Below, in pieces: positions 1 through 7,706 of a stretch of DNA of 64,000 nucleotides. Under the pieces are notes generated by a model, which was not told where the DNA came from, searched no databases, and saw only the letters and a program-made list of their open reading frames with translations. The first letter of the stretch is position 1; the number at the start of each line of letters is the position of its first letter. The translations under genes were made by a program, and so were the position numbers. Source of the DNA: Acidimicrobiia bacterium (lineage in GTDB: Bacteria > Acidobacteriota > Vicinamibacteria > Vicinamibacterales > SCN-69-37); the NCBI GenBank assembly GCA_016871335.1, contig VFZF01000009.1:34267-98266 (forward strand), read 5' to 3'.

Positions 1-2
1 CT

Positions 3-74
3 GTGCCTCCGCGCCTCTGCGCCTCCGTGCCTCGCTGTGAATTCTTCATGGTCCCTCATGGCCCCTCATGGGGA
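3..74. repeat. short-period degenerate tandem arrays (4 x 8 nt, then 3 x 10 nt)
   Basis: Read directly. Units are gtgcctcc/gcgcctct/gcgcctcc/gtgcctcg (3-34) and ttcatggtcc/ctcatggccc/ctcatgggga (45-74). The reverse complement gives RGAGGCRC and ATGAGGG units. The arrays lie 3' of the minus-strand DUF885 gene. Confidence 0.8.
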
Positions 75-84
75 ATGTCGTATT

Positions 85-110
85 GGCCCGCTCAGCCCCA
101 GCGGGCCCTA
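85..110 (-). repeat. REP-like hairpin (family GTAGGGCGCGCT-N7-AGCGCGCC), reverse orientation
   Basis: ggcccgct (85-92) and agcgggcc (100-107) form a perfect 8-bp stem with a 7-nt loop. The following cta (108-110) is the TAG stop of the DUF885 gene. Confidence 0.75.
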
Positions 111-1925
111 CTTCACGGAAGCGATCCAGCGGTCGACGCGCTTTTCGAGGATCGTCAACGGCAAGGCGCCGCCGCCGAGCACGGTGTCGTGGAACGCGCG
201 GATGTCGAAGCGCGCGCCGAGCTGGGTTTCGGCTTTGCGCCGCAGCTCCTGCATCTTGATCATCCCGATCTTGTAGCTGGTCGCCTGGCCGGGAAGCACC
301 ATGTAGCGCCGGATCTCCGACCGCGCCTGCGCATCGGTCGTCGCCGAGTTGGCAAGGAAGTACTGCACCGCCTGTTCCTCGGACCAGCCTTTCGCATGCA
401 GGCCCGTGTCCACCACGAGGCGAATGGCGCGCCAGATTTCAGAGCCAAGCCGGCCGAATCTCGAGTACGGATCCTGATAGGTGTCCGGCATTTCGCGAGC
501 GAGCCACTCGGCGTAGAGCCCCCACCCTTCCGAATACGCGGTGAAGCCCGCTTGCCGCCGGAACGTCGGCACGGTCGTCAACTCCTGCGCAATCGCGAGC
601 TGCATGTGGTGGCCCGGCAGGCCTTCGTGGTACGCGATGACTTCCAGTTCGGACTTCGGCATGGCCGTCATGTCGGAGAGGTGCGCGTAATACACGCCAG
701 GTCGCGAGCCATCCGGGGTGCCGGGGAAGTAGTGCTGGGCCGCGCCCTTCTGCTCCCGGAACGGTTCCACACGTTTCACCACAAGGTCGGCTTTGGGGAG
801 GATGCCGAAGTACTTCGGCAGCACCGCCTTGATCTTGTTGATGGCCGCGGTGGAATCATCGATGTACGCCTGCCGACCCGCGTCGGTGTCGGGATAGTAG
901 TAGACCGGGTTGTCCTTCTTGTCGCGCAGTTCCGCAAAAAAGGCCGGCAGGTCGCCCCTGAAGCCGACCTCGTCCTTGATCGCCAGCATCTCGGCGCGGA
1001 GCCGCGCCACTTCTGCCAGACCGATGGCGTGGATCTCATCAGCCGTCAGCGTGGTGGTCGTTTGATTGGCCAGCCGTTCGTTGTAGTAGGCGCGGCCGTT
1101 CGGCAATGCGCCCACACCGGATGTGGTCTCCGACGTCTTCGCGCGGTCTTCCTTCTGCCAGGCGATCAGGTCGACATAGGCCGACTTGAACGGACCGGTC
1201 AGCGCCGAGCGCGCCTGCGCCAGCAACGTGTCGGCGCGCTTCTGGTCGATCGCCCCCTTCTTCTGCAGCTCTGCGAGCTTGAGTTTCACGTCCGCCCACA
1301 AGGCACTGTCGGTCGTGCTGTCGTCAAACGGCGCACCGGTGATGAGCTTCGTGGATTCCTCGATCACGATGTCGAAGGCGAAACGTGGCGGCCGGACTCC
1401 TTCGACGGCGTTGGCTTTCGAGACCTCGATCAGCTGCCGAATCGCGCGGCCGGACTCACTGATGCGGTTGACGTACGCGTCCATGTCCGCCGCGCCTTCG
1501 ACGGCGTGAAACGCGATCAGCAACTGCGGCAGGAATGCGTGAATCGCATTCATCTGCTCGAAGATGTACGCGTTGGTCCTGAAGGGCAACGCGCTTTCGG
1601 TCTGCTCAAGCTGATACACCCAGGTGTCCCAGGAGGTCTGCGCTTCAGGCGTCAGCTTGGCGTAGTCGAACATCGTGCGCATCTCGGCCGTGGACGCCCG
1701 CTGCCACGCCACGACCTTGTCCTGCGCGGCTATGGACATGTCATCGATCGCGCCGGACTTGCGACCCAGAAACGTCTGCTGGATCGGGCTGAACGCCAGC
1801 TGCTCCTCAAACTTCTTCTCAAACCACGCATTAAGACGAGCCGTCTCGTCGTCTTGTGCCGCCGGCCCGATGGGGGAGAGGACGAGGACGCCAAGAGTGA
1901 GGGCCAGGAGATGACGTAACACCAT
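108..1925 (-). CDS. DUF885-family secreted protein (HExxPGHH motif)
   Basis: This is the 3' part of ORF 108..2687(-). I moved the start to the internal Met at 1925 (MVLRHLLALTLGVLVLSP, signal-peptide-like). The YHEGLPGHHMQ motif and overall sequence are typical of DUF885. The longer N-terminal extension is antisense to the neighbouring phosphatase gene. Confidence 0.85.
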   Translation of the reverse strand: MVLRHLLALTLGVLVLSPIGPAAQDDETARLNAWFEKKFEEQLAFSPIQQTFLGRKSGAIDDMSIAAQDKVVAWQRASTAEMRTMFDYAKLTPEAQTSWDTWVYQLEQTESALPFRTNAYIFEQMNAIHAFLPQLLIAFHAVEGAADMDAYVNRISESGRAIRQLIEVSKANAVEGVRPPRFAFDIVIEESTKLITGAPFDDSTTDSALWADVKLKLAELQKKGAIDQKRADTLLAQARSALTGPFKSAYVDLIAWQKEDRAKTSETTSGVGALPNGRAYYNERLANQTTTTLTADEIHAIGLAEVARLRAEMLAIKDEVGFRGDLPAFFAELRDKKDNPVYYYPDTDAGRQAYIDDSTAAINKIKAVLPKYFGILPKADLVVKRVEPFREQKGAAQHYFPGTPDGSRPGVYYAHLSDMTAMPKSELEVIAYHEGLPGHHMQLAIAQELTTVPTFRRQAGFTAYSEGWGLYAEWLAREMPDTYQDPYSRFGRLGSEIWRAIRLVVDTGLHAKGWSEEQAVQYFLANSATTDAQARSEIRRYMVLPGQATSYKIGMIKMQELRRKAETQLGARFDIRAFHDTVLGGGALPLTILEKRVDRWIASVK

Positions 1926-1958
1926 GGGGTCGAGTGTACCGCATACAATTCCGGCATC

Positions 1959-2771
1959 GTGACACTCCGAAAAGAGCTCGTTCTGCCCCTCGTGATGGCC
2001 TGTGGTTGTTTCGCCGGATGTGGTGCTGCCGAGCCGCAGCCCGTTGCCGCGCCACCGACAACGCAGAATCCCGCCGCGATGGCCCTGGCCTGGAAGCAGA
2101 CCGCGGCCGAATACGACGCGCTGTACATGCAGGGCTTTAATGTGGCCCGCATGCACGTGGACCGCGCCCTTCGAGATGGCCGCAAACGTCTCGCCGTGAT
2201 TTCCGATCTGGATGACACCGTCCTCGATACGCGTGACTACTGGCGAGGCATAGTGGCGGATGGAGTGCCGTTGTTTGACGACGCCCGGTGGGACACGTGG
2301 GTAGCGACGAACCGCGCGACAGCGACCCCTGGCGCGATCGAGTTCTTCACGTTCTGCCGGGATGCAGGTGTGGAGGTGTTCTACATCACCAATCGTGATC
2401 AGGGGGAGAAGACCCTTGAGTTGGCGCTCGGCAACATGGTGGCAGCGGGACTCCCGTTTGCGGACGCGGAACATCTCACAGTGTTGCGTGAGACATCCGA
2501 CAAGGAACCCCGTCAGCGACAGCTCGCGCAGTCGCGTGATGTGGTGGTGTATCTCGGCGACAACCTCAACGACTTCAGCCGTGCCTACTATGTGACGGAC
2601 CCGGCGAGCCGCCGCGCGCGGCTGGCCGTGGACCGCGAGGCCTTCGGCCGGAAGTTCATCCTCTTCCCGAACCCGACCGACGGCCACTGGGTGCGTGCCA
2701 TCTTCGGCGATTCCGAACCGCCGCCGACGCCCGAGAATCTCTCAAAGCTCCATCAGGCTGCCGGTCGATAG
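1959..2771 (+). CDS. 5'-nucleotidase / acid phosphatase, lipoprotein e(P4) family (HAD subfamily IIIB)
   Basis: ORF 1959..2771 has a GTG start and a lipoprotein-like N-terminus (LVMACGCFAGCG). It carries the HAD motifs ISDLDDTVLD and LGDNLNDF. Confidence 0.8.
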   Translation: MTLRKELVLPLVMACGCFAGCGAAEPQPVAAPPTTQNPAAMALAWKQTAAEYDALYMQGFNVARMHVDRALRDGRKRLAVISDLDDTVLDTRDYWRGIVADGVPLFDDARWDTWVATNRATATPGAIEFFTFCRDAGVEVFYITNRDQGEKTLELALGNMVAAGLPFADAEHLTVLRETSDKEPRQRQLAQSRDVVVYLGDNLNDFSRAYYVTDPASRRARLAVDREAFGRKFILFPNPTDGHWVRAIFGDSEPPPTPENLSKLHQAAGR

Positions 2772-3291
2772 AGGGCGCACGGACGTGGGCCACCGCCACG
2801 TCGACCATCGGCTCGCCCGATTCGTCGAACACACGTCCATTGATTGAGCCGCCCTGCCAGAGCTTGATGACCACGTCGTCGATGTGTTCGTCGGCAGCGA
2901 GATCGATGGACTGGAGCAATCCACCTGGCCGCCGCTGGCCATACCCGCCATTGAGATAGGGCCCGACCTGTGGGCCGGCCCATATGAATCCGGCGCCCTC
3001 AACGTTGGCACCGATCGTCGCCCGCAGTGTGAACGAGCCGGCCGGCACGTTGCGATAGAGGAAGCGGCCCTGGGCGTCGGTCAGCACCCGGATGCTGCTG
3101 CCCAGCGACGCGCCGGCCAGCGTCACAATCACGCTCGGAACGGGCACGTTCGACACCGCGTCGACGACGCGGCCGACGATGAGGCCTTTCGGGGCGGCGC
3201 CGCCGCGTGCCGCCGGCGCCGGCGCCTGGGCGCCGAGGCTGGCAACAAGCAGCGCACTCGTGAGGATCGCGAGGAGCGTCTGGTTTCGCAT
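2656..3291 (-). CDS. carboxypeptidase-regulatory-like domain protein, probably truncated
   Basis: Signal peptide MRNQTLLAILTSALLVASLGAQA, then one CarboxypepD_reg-like unit (GRVVDAVSNVPVPSVIVTL...TDAQGRFLYRNVPAGSFTL). A second unit (INGRVFDESGEPMVDVAV) breaks off. The last 116 nt overlap the convergent e(P4) gene. Confidence 0.5.
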   Translation of the reverse strand: MRNQTLLAILTSALLVASLGAQAPAPAARGGAAPKGLIVGRVVDAVSNVPVPSVIVTLAGASLGSSIRVLTDAQGRFLYRNVPAGSFTLRATIGANVEGAGFIWAGPQVGPYLNGGYGQRRPGGLLQSIDLAADEHIDDVVIKLWQGGSINGRVFDESGEPMVDVAVAHVRAPSIDRQPDGALRDSRASAAVRNRRRWHAPSGRRSGSGRG

Positions 3292-3339
3292 GGCTGACGC
3301 TGAGTGCGGATTATTTCACAGGCGCGGAGGGCCGGGAGA

Positions 3340-3640
3340 ATTGACACCATGGGGATCATGAGGATCCATGGGGATGAGGGGTTGAGTGCCGCTTAAGCGG
3401 CACGGTGAGGGGAGGGAGGAGCGCAAACGAAAACACCTGTTGGCGCGCTCAACCCCAGCGTGCCCTACATGTTTGAGAGGTACTTTCGCTTACGCTCCTC
3501 CCTCCCCTCACTGCGCCCGGCCTTGCCGGGCGCTCAACCCCGTGGCTTCGGACAGGGGCATCCTCATGGCTCTCCATGTGCTTCATGGTGAGAATTCACT
3601 GCCCCGGTGCCTCCATGGTCTCATTGTGAACCTGGCACCT
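3340..3640. repeat. BIME-like block of nested palindromes and REP copies
   Basis: Contains an 18-bp perfect palindrome gtgccgcttaagcggcac (3386-3403). A 19-nt perfect inverted repeat gtgaggggagggaggagcg (3405-3423) pairs with 3493-3511. There is a hairpin gcgcccgg-ccttg-ccgggcgc (3513-3533) and three GGGGTTGAG-type REP cores. ATGRGGA tandem units sit at both ends in inverted orientation. Confidence 0.8.
3443..3469 (-). repeat. REP-like hairpin, reverse orientation
   Basis: ggcgcgct-caacccc-agcgtgcc-ctac, with one stem mismatch. It lies inside the 3340-3640 block. Confidence 0.7.
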
Positions 3641-3673
3641 CGAAAAGGCGATCCAGCATAAAATCCCTTTGTT

Positions 3674-4897
3674 GTGGAATTGATCGAAGCGAAGTTTGCG
3701 AAACTCGGCACCGACCACGCCCCGGGGCAGGAACTACGGCAAGGCGCTGATGTGCCTGCCACGATGTTGCGTGGCGAGGTGCTGCCGGGCGCGCCCGTCG
3801 ATTTTTCGCATGGCGACGTGAACGAGACCGCGTTTGGTCCAACGCCCGGCGCATTTGACGAGTTTGTCTCGGGCGTTCATCGTGGCGGATCGCAGGCATA
3901 CACCGAATACCGCGGCGGCGCCGAACTGCGCGATCGGATGGCCGCACACCTCGGGGCCTTCACCGGTCGTCCTGTCTCTGGCGCGAATGAGCTCATCATC
4001 ACGCCGGGCACGCAGGGCGCGTTGTTTCTCGCCCTGGGTGCGACCGTGACGACGGGTGATCGGGTGGCGATTGTGCGGCCCGACTACTTCGCAAACCGGA
4101 AACTTGTCGAGTTCCTTGGTGGGGAAGTCGTGCCGGTGCGGATGGACTACCTCGGCCACACCACTGGTGCTGGACTCGACCTGCAACAGCTCGAGGACGC
4201 CTTCGAGTCCGGTGCCCGCACGTTCCTGTTTTCCAATCCCAACAATCCGGCCGGTGTCATCTATTCGGCCGACGAAATCGCGCGGATTGCCGAACTGGCG
4301 AATCGGCACGGCGTCACGGTGATTGCGGACCAGCTGTACTCGCGCCTGCTGTATTCCGGTCAGACCTACACACACCTTCGCGCATCGTCGATCGACCCCA
4401 ACCGGGTCGTGACCATTATGGGCCCCTCGAAGACCGAGTCGCTCAGCGGGTATCGTCTGGGTGTGGCGTTTGGCGCACCGCGACTCATCGACCGGATGGA
4501 GAAGCTGCAGGCGATCGTGTCGCTGCGCGCACCGGGCTACTCGCAGGCGGTCTTGCGCACGTGGTTTGAGGAGCCGGCCGGATGGATGCAGGATCGGACC
4601 GCAAAACACCAGGCGATCCGTGACGCGTTGATCGAGGTGTTCCGCACGGTGCCCGGACTGGTGGTGCGCGCGCCTGAGGCCGGCAGCTACCTGTTCCCGC
4701 GCCTGCCGGCGCTGAACATTCCGCTGGTCGCGTTTGTGCGCGCACTGCGTGTGCAGGCCGGCGTGACGGTCACGCCCGGCACCGAATTCAGTCCCGAGTC
4801 TACCGACAGCATCCGCCTGAACTTCTCGCAGAACCATGAGGCGGCGGTGCAGGCGGCGCAGCGGATCGCGCAGCTGATCGAACGCTACCGGGCCTGA
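3674..4897 (+). CDS. pyridoxal-phosphate-dependent aminotransferase, class I/II
   Basis: ORF 3674..4897 (GTG start) has NPNNPAGV and the PLP-lysine region GPSKTESLSGYRLGVAFG, both typical of the aspartate-aminotransferase fold. Confidence 0.85.
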   Translation: MELIEAKFAKLGTDHAPGQELRQGADVPATMLRGEVLPGAPVDFSHGDVNETAFGPTPGAFDEFVSGVHRGGSQAYTEYRGGAELRDRMAAHLGAFTGRPVSGANELIITPGTQGALFLALGATVTTGDRVAIVRPDYFANRKLVEFLGGEVVPVRMDYLGHTTGAGLDLQQLEDAFESGARTFLFSNPNNPAGVIYSADEIARIAELANRHGVTVIADQLYSRLLYSGQTYTHLRASSIDPNRVVTIMGPSKTESLSGYRLGVAFGAPRLIDRMEKLQAIVSLRAPGYSQAVLRTWFEEPAGWMQDRTAKHQAIRDALIEVFRTVPGLVVRAPEAGSYLFPRLPALNIPLVAFVRALRVQAGVTVTPGTEFSPESTDSIRLNFSQNHEAAVQAAQRIAQLIERYRA

Positions 4898-4901
4898 CAC
4901 G

Positions 4902-6233
4902 GTGGTCGGCAGACGCGAGTTCCTCGGCACGGCACTCGCGGCATCGGCCGCGCTGACCGTGGGTGGCTCGCTGGCCGGTTGTGGTCTGCGCAGCAACCGG
5001 CGCCCGCACATCGTGCTGATCATGTGCGACGACCTCGGCTACGGTGACGTCGGGTTCACCGGGGCGACGACGTACACCACGCCACACATCGATCGCATCG
5101 CACGTGAGGGGATGGTGCTGCGGCAGGCCTATTCCTCGGCGCCGGTCTGTTCTCCAACACGTGTGGGGCTGATGACCGGACGGTATCCAGCCCGCGAGTT
5201 GGCTGGTCTGCACGAACCACTCACCACGCATCCGCTCGGACTGTCGGCGACACCGCCGACGTTGCCGCGGGTACTCAAAGACGCCGAGTACCGCACCGCG
5301 CTCGTCGGCAAATGGCACCTCGGCGTCGCGCCTGAATTCCACCCGCTCGAACACGGCTTCGATGAGTTCTTCGGATTCCTCGGAGCTGCCGGTGATTACT
5401 TCACGAAGGAAGACTCGGAATACCGGCGTCTGATGTTCTTCGACGACCGAGACCCTGTGACGACCGATGGGTATGCGACGGAGCTGTTTACCGCTCGCGC
5501 GGAACGCATCATCGGCACGTCGTCGGACGCACCGCTGTTCCTCAGCCTGCAATACACCGCACCGCATTGGCCCTGGCAGGGCCCCACCGATCACCATCGC
5601 CCTTCCGTCGACGACTGGAAGGCCGGCGGGTCACCGGAGGTGTATGCCGCGATGATGCGGAGTCTCGATGATGGGGTGGGTCGTGTGCTGGCGGCGCTGG
5701 AAGCCGCGGACATGACTCGCGATACGGTGTTGGTGTTCACGAGTGACAACGGTGGCGAGCGGTTTTCGCACATGGGGCCGTTTAGTCACGCGAAGATGAC
5801 GGTGGGTGAGGGTGGTATTCGTGTCGCCACCGCTGTGCGATGGCCGGCGCGCATCGCGGCAGGCACCCACTCCGACCAGGTCGCGGTCACGATGGACTGG
5901 ACGGCGACGTTCGCGGGTCTTGCCGGAACCGCGATGCCGCGCCCGGTGGATGCGATTGATCTGCTCCCCGCCTTGACCGGCGCCCAGCCGGTGCCGCGGA
6001 CGCTCTACTGGCGCGTCACCCAACGCCGTCAGCAGAAGGCTGTTCGTCATGGCGACTTGAAGTACGTCGTGAACGAGGACGGGACGTATCTGTTCGACCT
6101 TGCCGCGGACCCAGGCGAGCGCACAAACCTGCTGGGCCGTCGGTCCACCGATGCCGCGGACCTCAAGGCGCGGCTCGAGTCCTGGGAATCCCAGATGTTG
6201 CCGCCCGCACCGCTCGAAGAGCGATACCGGTAG
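4902..6233 (+). CDS. sulfatase family protein (formylglycine-dependent)
   Basis: Tat/lipoprotein-like N-terminus (RREFLGTALAASAALTVGGSLAGCG). It has MCDDLGYGDVG and the CSPTR formylglycine motif. Confidence 0.85.
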   Translation: MVGRREFLGTALAASAALTVGGSLAGCGLRSNRRPHIVLIMCDDLGYGDVGFTGATTYTTPHIDRIAREGMVLRQAYSSAPVCSPTRVGLMTGRYPARELAGLHEPLTTHPLGLSATPPTLPRVLKDAEYRTALVGKWHLGVAPEFHPLEHGFDEFFGFLGAAGDYFTKEDSEYRRLMFFDDRDPVTTDGYATELFTARAERIIGTSSDAPLFLSLQYTAPHWPWQGPTDHHRPSVDDWKAGGSPEVYAAMMRSLDDGVGRVLAALEAADMTRDTVLVFTSDNGGERFSHMGPFSHAKMTVGEGGIRVATAVRWPARIAAGTHSDQVAVTMDWTATFAGLAGTAMPRPVDAIDLLPALTGAQPVPRTLYWRVTQRRQQKAVRHGDLKYVVNEDGTYLFDLAADPGERTNLLGRRSTDAADLKARLESWESQMLPPAPLEERYR

Positions 6234-6248
6234 AATCGCGCCGTACGT

Positions 6249-7066
6249 CGCCTTTTCGCTGCCCTGATTTGTATATCCCTCGCTGCCTGCCTCGGCGGCG
6301 TCGGTCACCATGATCCCAACCTCCTTCAACGTCACCGCCTTTGACGAACCAGCGCGGGTGTCCCGGCTGCAGCGGTGGACGACCGTGCCACTCCTGCGCG
6401 TGCTCACGCGCACGTTGCGGTTCATGTCGCTGGACCAGTCAACCGCCGCGGCGATTGACGATGTGATGACCACGACGGACCGCGACCGGCTGGAATCCGA
6501 TCTCGCGTCCGGAGTGACGGCGCTGACCGGGAACCAGGTCGCCGCGTTTGCCTGAGTCACGCGCGAATCGACGGCCGTGAGCGCGAGCGCCGACATCCTG
6601 AGAGATGCGGTGATCACCGTGGCGCGGTACACGGGCGTGACGGATGCCACGAGCTCTTGCCGGCGACGCGCGATGGCAAACCCGCTCGGACGGCGCCGTC
6701 GTCGCCGGCACCGTGATGCTCGATCGCGACTTCGATGCGGGCAATTCACCGCAGGTGCGCCTCGTCCGCATCCATGAACTTGGGCACGCGTTCGGCTACA
6801 CACATGCCACGACGACCGCATCGGTCATGAACGTGATTGCGGTGGAGTCGACGGACTGTGATCGACAGGCGACCCGGATCGCGTTCCAGCGTCCGCCTGG
6901 AAATCAACGGCCTGACGCTGATCCCACGTCGGTGTCGCTCAACAACCTGCGGCCAGGCGTCTGGAGTCGTGGCGAGGGTTCACTGGCGCGATCCAGCCCA
7001 GCGCACCCTACTTCTGTCCGTAGTACTTCGACGGGCCGTGTTTGCGCAGGTAGTGTTTGTCGATGA
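6249..7066 (+). pseudogene. fragmented HExxH zinc-metalloprotease-like lipoprotein gene
   Basis: A lipobox-like segment (LFAALICISLAAC, frame 3, no usable start codon) is followed by ORF 6310..6555 (frame 1, stop). A frame-1 piece starts at 6577, and the frame-2 ORF 6644..7066 carries IHELGHAFGY. At least one stop and two frame changes are needed to join the pieces. Confidence 0.4.
6985..7010 (-). repeat. REP-like hairpin, reverse orientation
   Basis: ggcgcgat-ccagccc-agcgcacc followed by cta (7008-7010), which is the TAG stop of araD. The stem is imperfect. Confidence 0.6.
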
Positions 7067-7706
7067 GGAACCGGTCGGGCCTGGGTGGCGCGCCGGCCAT
7101 GGCGAGAATCCGGCACTCCATCGCGGCGAGGAACTCCAGCACCCGCGCATTGTCAATCGCGGCCGCCGCGCTGGGTCCCCATGTGAACGGGGCATGGTTG
7201 GCCACCAGCACCGCCTGGACCTCCGACGGATCGATGCCCGACTGCCGGAACGTCTCGACAATCACGAGGCCGGTGTTCCGTTCGTAGTCGGTGACGACTT
7301 CCTCTTCGCGCATCGCCCGTGTCACGGGCACATCACCCCTGAAACAGTCCGCGTGCGTCGTGCCGAGGCAACGCACTGGCCGGCGCGCCTGGGCCAGCGT
7401 TGTCGCATGTTCCGAATGCGTGTGGACGACGGCTTCGCACGGAAACGCGCGGTACAGCTCAAGGTGCGTCGGTGTGTCGGAGGACGGTCGATACCGGTCG
7501 TCGAGGGGGAGTCCGGTCTCGAGCGACACGGCCACCATGTGGCCGGGCGTGAGTTCGTCGTAGGGCACGCCACTCGGCTTGATCGCCATCATCCCGGCGG
7601 CCCTGTCCACGATAGAGAGGTTGCCGAACGTGCCCATGACCAGCCCGGTGCCGGCCAGTTCGACATTGGCGTGATACACGCGCGCCTTCAGCGCTTCCGC
7701 ACTCAT
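7008..7706 (-). CDS. araD: L-ribulose-5-phosphate 4-epimerase
   Basis: The 232-aa ORF shows class II aldolase/epimerase features (GNLSIVDR, KPSGVPYDEL, VVHTHSEHAT). It overlaps araB by 4 nt. Confidence 0.9.
   Translation of the reverse strand: MSAEALKARVYHANVELAGTGLVMGTFGNLSIVDRAAGMMAIKPSGVPYDELTPGHMVAVSLETGLPLDDRYRPSSDTPTHLELYRAFPCEAVVHTHSEHATTLAQARRPVRCLGTTHADCFRGDVPVTRAMREEEVVTDYERNTGLVIVETFRQSGIDPSEVQAVLVANHAPFTWGPSAAAAIDNARVLEFLAAMECRILAMAGAPPRPDRFLIDKHYLRKHGPSKYYGQK

Noticed and set aside
3-1919. 638-aa plus-strand ORF
   Set aside because: It is antisense to the well-supported DUF885 gene. It is Arg/Gly/Pro/His-rich with no recognisable motifs, a typical high-GC shadow ORF.
3625-3650. 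sigma54-type promoter (CTGGCAC at about 3627) upstream of the aminotransferase gene
   Set aside because: The -12 element TTGC is missing at the required 5-nt spacing (the sequence is ctcgaaaagg). Other TGGCAC occurrences in the window lie within coding sequence or in the weaker CIRCE copy (29538-29543) and also lack a -12 element.
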